NCBI RefSeq assembly: GCF_036321535.1
Contig: NC_087436.1
Coordinates: forward strand, 103,914,001-103,978,000
Length of the DNA stretch: 64,000 nt
Origin: Camelus dromedarius
Lineage: Eukaryota
Reading direction: 5' to 3'
Within the stretch, counting starts at the first letter, position 1, and each line of letters begins with the position of its first letter. This document shows positions 39,069 through 52,200 of the stretch, one piece after another. The notes below the pieces were generated by a model that worked only from the letters and a program-made list of their open reading frames with translations, did not search any database and had not been told where the DNA came from. Both the position numbers and the translations under genes were made by a program.

Positions 39069-42000
39069 AATTCTTTTTAAAGGTATTTACATTAAGATTT
39101 CTTTAAGAAACTAAGATTTTTTTTTTTGGTACCATATTGAAAGAAAAAGCAATTTGAATTATGTTCTTTGCAAATATCTTTTAAAATCACAGTCTAAAAC
39201 AGTATATTTCTAACATTAAAACTGAAGGTGAAGTTTTAAGTACATCTTAAACTTGCTAAGCAAAGTTGTAAAGCCAGAGGGTAGAGGCAGCTTACACATA
39301 TATCTTAGGTTGCAATATTGCATTTGTATATTTTATAATAGCCAGACTCACTAAGAGAAAAAAAAATCTAAGACGTATACAAAACTGATTACATTTTCTC
39401 ATAACGTATATTTTGTTCATGGAGTAGGACATGCAGAAGTATCCCCAACAGGGTGCAGACCTGTTCTGCCACCTCTTCTAACGTTCCCAGAGGGCCTCAC
39501 TGTAATCATCTAACTAGACACTCACTTTCAAAAGTAATTATATCATTTTTAAAAGTTTTTCATGACATCTTTATGGCCAATTATTTCATACTGTTATGAG
39601 CATATCTCCTTATTACAGTCTGTTTTGTCACTTCTATTTAATTTTTTCCTGCTTCTAACATACCAGGAAGTAAATAAATTAGCATTTGCAGACCAAGTGT
39701 AAATTTCAAGAGACTAGATTCTGAGTGAGAGTCTTCTTGAGATTCTTTCATGGGAAACTATGAATAGCTTCAGCGTCAAAATGTAGAAGTTTTTCTTCCA
39801 GCTGCCCTTTAGGGGAGCCAGACAATAAACAGAAAACTAAAATGTTTAGTGTGTGAAGTGGTACTAAGTGCTAAGGAAAAAATTCTCAAGGAAAGTCTCA
39901 CTAAGAAGATAACACAGAAGGAAGAGAAAACCCATTCCAGGAATGAGTCACCTGAAAACCAGCATGAGCTCAAGCTAAGGATGTGTACAGATACGTGATG
40001 GGTTTTATGGAATTAGGTACACACACTCAAGACCTGCAGACACAGTGATGGATGAACCACGGAGCATCCTGCTTCTGGAGCACCATAACCGCAAATTAAT
40101 CTGCCCCAAAGTTAAGTAAGGTAACTAACACTGAATTCCTAAACTAACGTGCAGAAGAATGTTTGATCTGACCAAGCCTAATTTATTTAAATAAATCTTA
40201 CTGTGTGCCAGAATAAACTAGAGTATTACACACAAATTTTTATAAATAGAACTGCTGTCAGATACCACAGGGGAAAAAAATGTAGAAAAATATTTTTTAA
40301 AACTCTAAAACTTAAAAAGAATCACAACCAGACAGGCAGTAGACAATTCAAGAAATAGATATTAACAGTAAGGGTAAAACAGCATTTACTCACTGAAGAC
40401 AAACCCTAACATTACACTTGCCTGACTTGATTCTCTGTGCAACATGCTTGGGACAGCACCGTGCTTAGTGAGACAACTGGCTAAGCTGTGATATCCCTGC
40501 TGATCCCTCAAGAAGAGAGGACAGGAGCTCGGGTCCTGTGACATGGAGTTCTACACAACACTACAGAGCGCAGGTTGTTTTCTCACACGATTTTAAAGCT
40601 AAAATTCCTATACAGTTCTCAATGCTAAGGAAGTATACAGAGAATCAGAACAAATTCACTCATGTTCTTCTCTTTAATCATAAACATTTTCCTTAATGTT
40701 ATGTTCACGATTTTATTTTCTCTAAAAGAGCTCAATAAACACACTTAACACAGAATTGACATGCTTCTAGTATAAACTGAGGCTGATCAATGTTTTGACC
40801 GACTGTCAAATAATGTCTCAAAATTTTAGAAATTCTAACCTTCCAACAACAGCAACTATTTTCTCTACTATTATTCATAAGTTTATCATTTGACCTGGAT
40901 TTCAATCCTCACTTTGAATTACATTGTTATTTATAGGGAAATGGATGCAGTGAAAATTGAGTAATTAGTAGCTTTTACAAATGATGAATTATTAAATTAT
41001 TTTAAAATGAGTCATTATTTGCATAATTTTTGTGTCTTAGGAATAAAACAGCAATAAGTAAAAACAGATCACAGAAAAAAAACAGTCTGAATATCTGAAA
41101 ACCTGGCTTTTAGACCCAACTTCATGATTTATTGTATTTGTGACCTTTAGCAAGTTCTTTATTTTCTGAGGCTTATTGTTTCATGTACAACAGGCGTACT
41201 TGTCCTGACTTTAGGCTCCTTGAGTCTTTAAGAACGAAGTAATTTATGTGAAAAGTACTTAAACCACACAAAATATAAAGTGGTACTATTATTCACCCAA
41301 AAGCTTTTGTTCTATGGAAAATAACACTATATAAAATATGTACCAGATTTTCTGTCTTCTAACTTTGAGAAGCTGATTACCCTCCAGACAAGATACAGTA
41401 ATGCTTCAAACTATGTGGAATTGTGGATTATGTGACATTACACATAAATTAATTTCCCAGTTAAACTTGCTTCTATAAACAAAGCTTTCAATAGTAGTAT
41501 GGGAAAACATGGACTTTGGAGAAGACACAAGTAATCTTGCCTTTGCCACGTAATAGCATCTCATACCTACACATCTCATCTGTAAGTGAGAATAATACCT
41601 ATGTATAGTGAGGATTAAAATTTATGAGCAAAATATTTGCAATAATATGCGTAGCATAAACTTCTGGCATACAGTGAGCACTCATAAAATTGTGTATCTT
41701 ATTACTGTAATCATGTTGGACAGAATTCTTTTTAAATACCCAGTTCTCTCTTTTAAACCACTTTTCACAGACTCAGAATCTCATCAGGATTATTACATTT
41801 ATGCTGGAACGTAGCATCATGGTAATCTTAGGGTCTACTAACGTGTGCAAGGTCTCTACGCCCCAAACCTCAGGCTTAAATGTTTGTAACTTTGGGCTCC
41901 TTCTTTGTATTGTGTCTTTTCCCTCACTGTGAGGCAGTCTCCCCAGAAACATTGCTATTAGTTTATGACTCTACAGAAGAATTCCTACTACTACTTTCTG

Positions 42001-42614
42001 ATTTGTTTTTTCCCTGTCCACAAAGTTCAGAAAAACAGCTAACAAATGTCTTAGTTCAGCACTGGGAACAAACCAAGAATTGAAGTCTCAGTGGGAACAG
42101 GCATGGAGTTCTCACAGGAGAAAAGGAAGTAATATCTAATTCTTGGACACAGTATAATTTCAGCTAGGCTTTTTTTGTTAACTCCCTGGTTCTTTACTAC
42201 ATTCTGTACAGACAAGATTTGTCAGGTAAATAGGACCTGATGGCAAAACAGTCCTAGGAATCAACTTCAAGAAGAAATTCCTTACACGGAAGACCCAAAA
42301 CCAGATGTCTGGTCTATGACAGAGAACAGTTAGCAGTTAACAAAAAAGAGCTGCACTCCGTCAGACAATCCTACCAAAAGTGACAATCTTAAAGGAACTA
42401 GTCATGTACACCAAACATTTTCTCATGAGTTGAAATTGAAACTCCTCCATTACATAATTCTTATTTCTTATTTAGCTCTTGACTGAGAAGGCAACAGTGC
42501 ATAAAGCAAAGCGGGAGGCACAATACCTCAGTTCTTGGCCCGGCTTTACAACTGAGTCACTCCCTAATCTTGAACAAGTTTTCTCACCCTCATTTTGTTT
42601 CTTGGTTTCTTTAT

Positions 42615-42904
42615 CAGTAAAGAAAGGGTCAAAGTCAGAAGCAGAGGATTAGACCATGGAAGCAGAGGTTGGAGTGACATGCTTTGAAGATGAAGGAAGG
42701 GGTCATCAGCCAAGAAATGCAGGCAGCCTCTAGAAGTTAGAAAAGGCAAGGAAACAGATCCTCCCCTCGTGTCTGCACAAGGAAGGCAGCCCTGCAGGCC
42801 TATTTTAGACTCTGACTTTGAGAACTGTAACATAATAAATGTGTGTTGTTTTAAGCCACTAAGTTGGTGGTAATTGCTTATAGCAGGATTAGAAAACTAA
42901 TACA
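42615..42904 (+). mobile_element. MaLR LTR 3' half (MLT1C/D-like)
   Basis: gccaagaaatgcaggcagcctctagaag...aaaaggcaaggaaacagat...gttttaagccactaagtt...aaactaataca. Confidence 0.8.
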
Positions 42905-43414
42905 CCTGTCTATAATTACCTATAATTCTCCCAGGATGCCTTCCCCCCGCCCCTGCCTTTTCTGAAGGACCACGCAATGCCTGAATTCCTTCTTGAGTAA
43001 ATGCATAGCAGAAGCAGATCCTGGGAAAGGACACCTTTTAGACAACTTCAGAATTTGTAGATTATGTTCTAAAACCATTTAACAGGATTCAAATGATGTT
43101 TAATAGAGATTCTTAACATTAGATACAGTCTGAAACATATGACAGACGTTAAATGAACACTTTAAATTTACTCAAAACAATTAACATGGCAAGGGATAAC
43201 ACTTCATGAGTGAAGTGAACATGATGGAAGCTTTGCCTTTTAGTTGGCACTTCATTATTTTGTTATATGGACCTTGACCAATGCTAACAATATGAACAAA
43301 TGACTCCTTTACTAACTAAGGAAGAGTATATGATGGAACCAAATGTAGGAGTTTGAACAAAAACAAAAAAGCTCCTCAGAGCGGCAAAACAATATCCTCA
43401 CAAACACTTTTTTA

Positions 43415-43681
<267 letters not shown>

Positions 43682-44125
43682 TCAAGCAATAAGATACATG
43701 TTTCAATCAGAATTCACAGCATTTTCTATTATTAATCTGAAGTTTGGACAATAAAAACATCAGGTGGCCTGCTACATAGCTATTTTGGTTATCTTGAGCT
43801 AAAAACACAGGGATAGCAGGGAGAGTTAAGAAATTTATAATGATTTAAATCATGTTAAAAATAAAATTTAACTACACATATAATTCTACCTATAGGTGAT
43901 TTATTTCCACTGGTCTTCTTCCCATTTATTCCCTAGTACATTCCTTTAGAATAAATCTGTAATTATGACAATACGATACTTTTCTAAAAATATGAAATGC
44001 AGTGTACATACAATTCCTGATGTGTGTACCAACCTAAGTGTGTAAGCACATGCCCATATTACATATTCACAAACTGCACTTTCCCACATAAATAACAAGA
44101 CTTACAGCCTTTTTTTATCTACTCA

Positions 44126-44326
<201 letters not shown>

Positions 44327-44816
44327 TTAAATTAATCTTTAAGTATCATTTTAAAAAATCAACACACAGAGGCACTTACAAAAAAAAAAGTAGGAGATAT
44401 CTAAAAACAAAACAGAACAAAATATGAAGATGTCCCATCCATATACAAGCTCAAGCCTTTTAAAAAATTCTTTCTTCAAAGAATCAATATGCTTATTATA
44501 ACTGCCTGATATAGCAGACCTACAGGAGGGCAGAAATAAACCCACATGGATGCACCATGCCCCGCTGGTACAGGAGGCAGTAACAGAAGTCCTAGGGACC
44601 ACTAAAAGAGCCACAGCGTCTCCCATCGTGTATATATAGTGAGAATGGCCCCCTGTGGGGTGAAAGGAGTGAGTCATGGAATATCACCATTATCATTCCA
44701 ATTCCTTTCCTTCAGTCAAGTTAGGCAGCTGTCATGCTTTGATAAACAAACTGAAATCCTAATCATTCACAAAAAAGCATTTCCCCAAAGCAGGCAGCCA
44801 TGTAACTGTGACTAGT

Positions 44817-45064
44817 CAGGGATTCTCAGCCGAAGGGGATTATTTTCCCCAGCAGACAGCTGACAATTTCGCTTGTCACTACTGGGAGGTGCAAGTTGGG
44901 GGTGTTCGTTTCTGGTGTCTAGTAGGTAGAGGCCAGGGATCTTGCTAAGCATCCAACAATGCACAGGACAATCTCTGTCCTGCCCCCTCTCTTGCGGTAA
45001 CAAAAGAATTATCCAGGAATGATCCAGCCCAGACTGTGAATAGTGCCATGGCTGAGAAACCATG
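44817..45064. mobile_element. MER20-like hAT (Charlie) non-autonomous DNA transposon
   Basis: Terminal inverted repeats cagggattctcagcc / ggctgagaaaccatg; internal tctagtaggtagaggccagggat..tgctaa.catcc.acaatgcacaggaca motif. Confidence 0.85.
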
Positions 45065-47238
45065 TGTTGAATGATCCTAACAAGTACTGTTTAAGGTGGC
45101 AACCTGCCAGAGAGACCTGGGTTACTAGAGAAACAACAGGATCGCCTTCCCTAAGGCACCAGGCATGACCGTGGCCCCCAGCACTTTCTACAGTAAGGAG
45201 CAAGGAACCAGGGCCTACTGTCTTCAGTGACACAAAACACAAAAATCAGCAAATAATTTCCTAGTCTATCCCTGACTGAGGGGCTCTGTGGAGGGAGACA
45301 CAATAACTAACACAATACAATGTATGATTTGCTGCAAAGAGATTTAGTTTTTTGGTGAAAAACTGCCAGACCGCCCAGGCCTCCAGCAGGAAGATGTTTT
45401 GCACATTTGATGAGGTGAAGAGTCTACAGAAATGAAAAGTTCCCATGCTTACAAATCTAGGGTTAGTGTATGTTTCACACAGTGTGATAAATAGCCTGCT
45501 CTATGCCACAGACCCTCAAGGTTGCATGTTTCCAGAGTGCACGCCCTCATCTACAGTGAAAAGGATTCACTCTTCACTCTTTAGCAGAAGGTTAACGTTT
45601 CAAAAGGATTTATTTTTATTCTGCCTCTGACTGAGAGGTTCAGTGCAGGCTCTAGTTCAAATATGAGCCTTGTTCAGGCTGAACTATAATCACCAGAAAT
45701 AACAACAAACAGATGGACAAGTCCCAGACTGTATAATAAGTACCACAAACTGGAAAAGATTTCAGTGAGAACTCCTTTAAAATGTATCTCTGTTCACTTG
45801 ACAATGCCATTTTTATAAATCTAACGTGGGTGTTCCAACTGTAGGGCTCATTCACTCAAACAATAATTCTAAGACAAACACATTTAAAATATAATGCATC
45901 ATTAACTTTTTAACTGGTTGTTTATTAAAACATTTGTTTTCAACATTCTTCGAGACTAGTTTTGTTTCTTTTCAAATGATAATACTGTTTGTCGTAGAGG
46001 GTGGTTTGTTCTTGAATTAATAAAATATAAATATTCCTGATCAACTTGTATGTAGAGACAAATTCTATCATTTAATTTCTATTTTCACCAATCATTCACA
46101 TGAAAAAACTAGACAGAATCTCACAGAAGACAATCCCCAATAGATTCAACTGAAAACTTAGGACAAGGAAAAGGTTAGAAGGGGTATCATCTCTGTAGAA
46201 TGCCTGGCATTTCAACAGTGTTCTATTTCCTAGGGTTTGTAATTTCTACCAACAGTGCATTTGCACTAACTCTCACAAAGGGGAGTTCCAGCTGTTTCAT
46301 CAGCTGCTCTTCTAGCCTGAGCCAAAAAAGATCTACTCCAGTAAAGTCATGGAATCCATCCAACCACTCCAGTCACCCTTCTTAGGCAGGGGCACCCCCA
46401 GAACAGTATCACAGGAATATGCAAGTCTTTTCACGCCAAGAATTAAAATAAAATAAACATTAGTTTCCTAATTTATAATTTTTACAAGCCATTTTTCTTA
46501 GATTAATTTTGTTATTCCTTTTGAGCTTCTGAAAAATAAAACATTATTCCTCTAAATTGTGTACTCCTCGAACATTTTCCCCCAAAGCTTTCTGAAATTT
46601 GAAGTTAAATGAAATAAATATATTAAATTTCCCTTCTGGGAATAAAGTATTCTTGTCAAAGAAAACAAGTACAAGGTCTATTTTCCTTATACATATGACA
46701 TAGCAATTTCTTAAATGTTCTTCAAAACAATCAAATAACATTCTCCGCCTTGTGCTTCTGCCAGGATAGTCTGCTACTTTGTACAGTTTTAAGCAGGCCT
46801 CTGTTTTCAATCTATATCAAAAAAATCCTTTTCCTAGTAATTAATGAAGTCAAGTTAGGATTTATTACCTCATGTCCTCAAGATGGTTTTAGACTGCACC
46901 ATTTTTAAAAGGGACTCTTTAGTGAATCTCCAGTTATAATAACATCAACATGAACGCTACTGTAAAGAGTTTTTAATCTAGAAATTTAATTCTGAGTTAT
47001 CAACATGGTTTTTCAACTTTTTACATCAGTAACTGGCTTTGAAAATTCCACATTCCATATTTCAATGACAGAAAATCTCACACTATAACTCTTTAAAGAT
47101 AATATTACATTTCTTTTATATCTAACAGAAGATTCTTCTCAGTAGTCTATAACCACCTTTCTTACTTTTTTCTTCTTTAAATGATAAGTAGATGATCTGA
47201 TTATTCTTTTGCGTCATAACTTGTAAGAGAGAATACTA

Positions 47239-47382
<144 letters not shown>

Positions 47383-48099
47383 TTAAATGAAAATATTTCT
47401 AGTATGCAAATTTAAATATTTGAGAAACATATTTAACACAGTTTACATATTAGTGATGAATATGAGCTCATCCATGTGTGATTTAACCCTTTATTACATG
47501 TATCAAACCTTTTCAATGCAAACTGTGCTGTGGGCTCTCCTGCATGTTAATAATTTAGTTGCTATACTGATGTTTTTGTTTCCTAAGGTTACTTTACACT
47601 CTAATTTACTATGATTTAGAAATTTACCAAATTCAAAGTATTTTATAATCATTAATTACCTCTGGCATTTTACTATCATTTCATAAACAAAAAGAAAATT
47701 GTAAGTAATTTACTTAATAGCAGACTTTTAAAAATCAATCTCAATTTAGATCATCTCACTTTTTAAATAAATATCTCAAACAACTTATACCTGTACATTC
47801 TAATATTTAAACCATTTAAAAATTAAATTCCCCTGAGGTCATAAATGAAAGCAGAAAGTCTTCTCTGGATGGGGGAGTAAATTGAGGGATTTACGTAATA
47901 AGAAGTATTAAACCATTTAATTAGCAATGAAGAAAATATGCAGGGTGCCAAAAGACACAGGTGAAATAAGGACGTAAAATCACTTTGTTTTGGATTTCAA
48001 ATCCAAGTAGCCCAGTAATCAACAAAGATTTCTTAACAACCAAGTATGATGCCAATAAGGATTTTATGACACAAAGTGTAATAATAATAATTGTTAATA

Positions 48100-48330
48100 A
48101 CAGCGACAATAAAAACAAGCATGTACTTATGGCTGGATCCTATGCCAAGAGCTTAATTAAAATTCAAAACAAAATATACAATATATATAAAATTGCCATT
48201 TTACACATGAGGAAACAAAGGTAGTGAGAGGCTAAGTAACTTCCACAAGGTTACTTAATACAGTAAGAAGTATGGCAGGGATTCAAATCCAAATATGTAT
48301 GATTCCAATGACTGTACTCTGAGCCCACTA
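48100..48330 (-). mobile_element. MIR SINE
   Basis: ccattttacacatgaggaaac...agaggctaagtaactt.cacaaggttac...gggattcaaatcc. Confidence 0.7.
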
Positions 48331-50737
48331 CATTTTATTTAGGAAGATTTCAGAACTCTAAGCAAGAATAAGTTACAGAAACTTCTATGAGGCTTCTACA
48401 AAACTTTAGAGAGTAAAGAATTCTAACTTTCCCTTTTAAAAATGCCTTCCTTCATCATCTCTGCAATTAACCTTTCATGTATGCTTCTGTTATATTTTTC
48501 AGTTGCCAAACTGCCTGAAGGCAAAAACTACGTCTTATCTCTGTATCCCCAAACCTAGCATGGTGCTTGGCAAAAGTAGATAATTGATAAATGTTTGTAT
48601 GATAGACGAATTAATGCATAGGGTGGATGCACGAATGAACAGCAAGACAATCAGTAGACTAAATTAAAGAAAGACAATGAGATGTAGTAAAAAGGAAACT
48701 ATAAAACAGAATTTTATGCAAAGTTTAATATGAGCCCAGAGGTGGAAGCAATTCTACCTGAGTGGGTGAGGATGTCAGTGAAGTTCACACAAGTCTGTAA
48801 GGATTGAGGAGGCATGTGCCAGGTGAAGAGAGCCTTAGTATAAGCTCTGGTAAACAAGAATTACAGAATACAGACCACACTGTGAAAGGCTTAAAGATAA
48901 CCATGACATAAAACTAACATAATTTTGGCTACCTTTGGCAGGTGTAACAATATTTTAATGTCACAGAAAGGAAACATAATAATGCATGTGTACATCTGGA
49001 ATGTGTAACACATTTTCTTTCACATTCTTGTAAGTAGCTAATACATCTACAGTTACCCTAGAAAAAGCTCTGTGACTTACACAGTTGTTAAAGTTAAATG
49101 ACATTGCCTCTTTAAATTTCCATTCCCTCATAAAAAGGCCTTGATGAAGGCTACTCCAGTCTCCCTCCCCCTCCACTGGAAAAAGCTCCAATGGGCTGCC
49201 CTGAAAGCTGACCTTCCACACTTGTAGCTTTTCTTCTGTAGTAACATGTTCATTATTCTTAAAACTGATCTTCATCAAGTGTGTGATGTTATCTAAATAA
49301 TTCTACCAGAATTTGAGGTTATCTCTGATAACCTTTACTTAACCAAAAGAAAAGTGCCTATAACATTTATTGTCAAAACATTAAGCAGCCTATTTTATTT
49401 CACGTTGTTGTTATATAAAGAAACTTCTCAAAAGACAAAGTAAGAAAAATACTGGAAGTGCCAGGATAACATATATAACTTGAACAAACCTAATCCCACT
49501 TTAATGCTCTACTATCCTGTGTTGTTTTAACTTAGGAATTTGTCATATTTAAAAGCAAGAACACGATCGTATTTAATGTTTTTCTTCCTTCCAGCATCTA
49601 GGTGCACCATAAACATAAAACATACTCAATATGTACTTGTTGAATTGACTCTTATCTCCACAATTTCATCATTATAGTCATATGCACAGTAAAATCAGAA
49701 ATACCTACCATGATGTTCAGAATACATTTAAGGAGGTATGAAAACTTTCAACTTGATCCAAAATACAAACTCTAAAGCCATAAAAGTCACTTAGTTAAAT
49801 AGGATATGTAGGTAAATTGATTAGAAATACATTACCCATTTAATAATTAGATAGTAATAAAGGATTAGAGTCTTTTTTGATACAATAAACAATCCAGGAA
49901 CATAATGGAACATAAGCAATCAGATAAGGCTCAAGCTCCAGTGGAATCAAAAAATTTTAGCATTCAAATCTATAAGGATTATTAGGTTAACTAACAGGGA
50001 CTATTAGGTTAACTAACAGATTTTAAAAACATCATTAGAAAAGCAGTGACAATTAATTTCAGAAGTTAAAGGAATAAACTGGCATCCTATACTAGGTATC
50101 AGCTCTATCTGGATTCAAATGCTGCCTCAGGCAAAACATTTAACTTCTCTCTGACTTGGTTTTTCCATTCTGTAAAATAGGAGTAACAATGCACGCTTCA
50201 TTTTAAGCATGAAGCTTAAGTGAGATAATACAGAGTACTTCCATGCAATACACATTTCAAAATGCTTGCAATTATTTACAATTATTAAACTTCTTTTCTT
50301 TGAGGTTTAACTAACGGTCACTAATATAAGTAGTTATCATTGTTATTAAAATAATACCAATTAAGAAGGCTCTGTATATTAATCCATTCAAATAGGTCTT
50401 TTCAAATAGATCTGTATCAAATGAGTAAGTTTTTGTTACACTTACCATGTGGCCAGAAGTTGACCCTTTGCTGTTACCTAAAAAAGACGCCCACCTTCTA
50501 AGTCTCAAAATTACTTTCCTTGGGAATAAATTTTTTAAAAGGCCTGATTATTTAGATAAGAAAAATAGATCAAAATTTGTAAATTCAGAACCTTACAAAT
50601 ATTAAAGAGAGGATATATTTGTATTTTCTTTGCACCCTTAACCACAGAAGTAACTTGTAGATCTGGCACTGAAAAGTAACATCGAGTACATAATTCTCCA
50701 TGAGCAGGAAAAATACATTTGGATAATAAAGACACAC

Positions 50738-50849
50738 CTGGGAAGCGTTGTTCCTTTGACATTATTGTCTCTAAAATTCTTCTCATATTGGGGTAGTTCA
50801 ACAAATTCTATCAACCACTGAAGTGTGTCCTCAAGGGTCCAATTATGAA
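50738..50849 (-). CDS. STIM2: STIM2 coding exon 4 (112 nt), SAM domain: (V)HNWTLEDTLQWLIEFVELPQYEKNFRDNNVKGTTLP(R)
   Basis: Manual minus-strand translation matches STIM2 SAM sequence; acceptor ttttgcAG at 50850-50851, donor GTgtgt at 50736-50737; phase fits the next exon. Exon numbers are by analogy to human. Confidence 0.96.
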
Positions 50850-51229
50850 CTGCAAAAGATAAAAGAAGAAGACATGTTTTAAAGACATCTGCTTACAGAA
50901 TTTATATAAATTATATATGTATATTTATATACACACACACATATACAATTACTGTAACTTCAGGGGAAATAAAGATGTTAGACTGACTTTCAATTCAATT
51001 CAATCAACAGTAAGTAGTAAAATGATATTCAGTGTTTGATGAGAAGGGAAAAACAATGGGGACATACCTCCTACCCGTAAGGGCTTACAATCTAGAACAG
51101 AGAAGACACATAAAGGAAAAGAGAACAAAATATTAGCATGGTTAATTCTAACATAAGCATTTATGTAAAGTTTGAACAGGATGAAATAATCCATCATTTC
51201 CCTGGTTGTAGAAAACTTACGAGATGTAT

Positions 51230-52200
51230 ATTTATTCATTCATTCTTGTGTTTAGCCGTCCATCTATGTAACACTGTAAACCTTTCGAGTATCAGGTTCT
51301 AAGCACTGGGAATATGGCAGTAAATAAGATGGATAAAGTCTTTGTCCTCATAAAACAAATCATTTTGGGAGTGGGGAGGGGCAATTAACGAAAGAAGGAA
51401 GAAAAGGGGAAATTTCAGATAGTGATCATCTATTAAGAAAGAAATGAACGATGCCAGGGTAAGCCTCTCTGAGGAAGTGTTATCTGAACTGAGACCTAAA
51501 AGTTGCAAGGAGCCAACACTGTGATAATTTAGAAGCAAAAGTAATCCAAACAGGGGGGAAAGCTCATGTAAAAACCTTAAGATAAGGAATGAACTAGCTA
51601 TGTTTGTGGGATAGAAAGTATTCAGAGGGGCCAGGTCACTGAAGACTTTCAAAAATTCTGGGTATTTTTCTAATTTCAATAATCAGAAGGAGGGGTAAAT
51701 AATTCATGTTTTTAAAATATCACTATTCAATGTGGAGAATGGACTGTAGGAGAAAAGACTGAAAACAGAGAGATATAAGGAGAACATTCCTTCTGTAACT
51801 GTCCCAGCAAAAGGGACAGCCTTGAACCACAGTGCTAGGAGAGGATACGGTGCCGAGGGGTCAGATTCAAGACATATTCTGGGAAAAATGCTGTTAGATG
51901 TGTCAATGAAATGGATGGGGGCTAGTAGCTAAAGGAAAGCCCAAAAAAGCACAGAGAGTCGTACCGCTAACTGAGATAGGAGGTACAGACTGGGGAGGCA
52001 AGTGGGGACAGGTGATAGAGATCGAAAGTTCTGTTTTTAGACGTTTTGTTTGAAGTAAGTATTAGATATTTAAGTGTAGATATACACTAGCAGTCAAATA
52101 TTCAAGTCCCGAGCTTAGGGAAGAGTGAGGTTAGGAACAGAGATATAAATTAGGAGTCATACGTATAGATGGTCTTTAGACTGAATGAGATCACCCAGTA
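51230..52200 (-). mobile_element. L2 LINE fragment
   Basis: ttattcattcatt...gttctaagcactgggaatatggcagtaaataaga; cctctctgaggaagtg; gactgaatgagatcacc. Confidence 0.7.

Noticed and set aside
40388..40510. Cryptic exon in intron 7 (donor CA|GTGAGT at 40388-40395)
   Set aside because: Only weak acceptors (GAG, or CAG without an adjacent pyrimidine tract); no other support.
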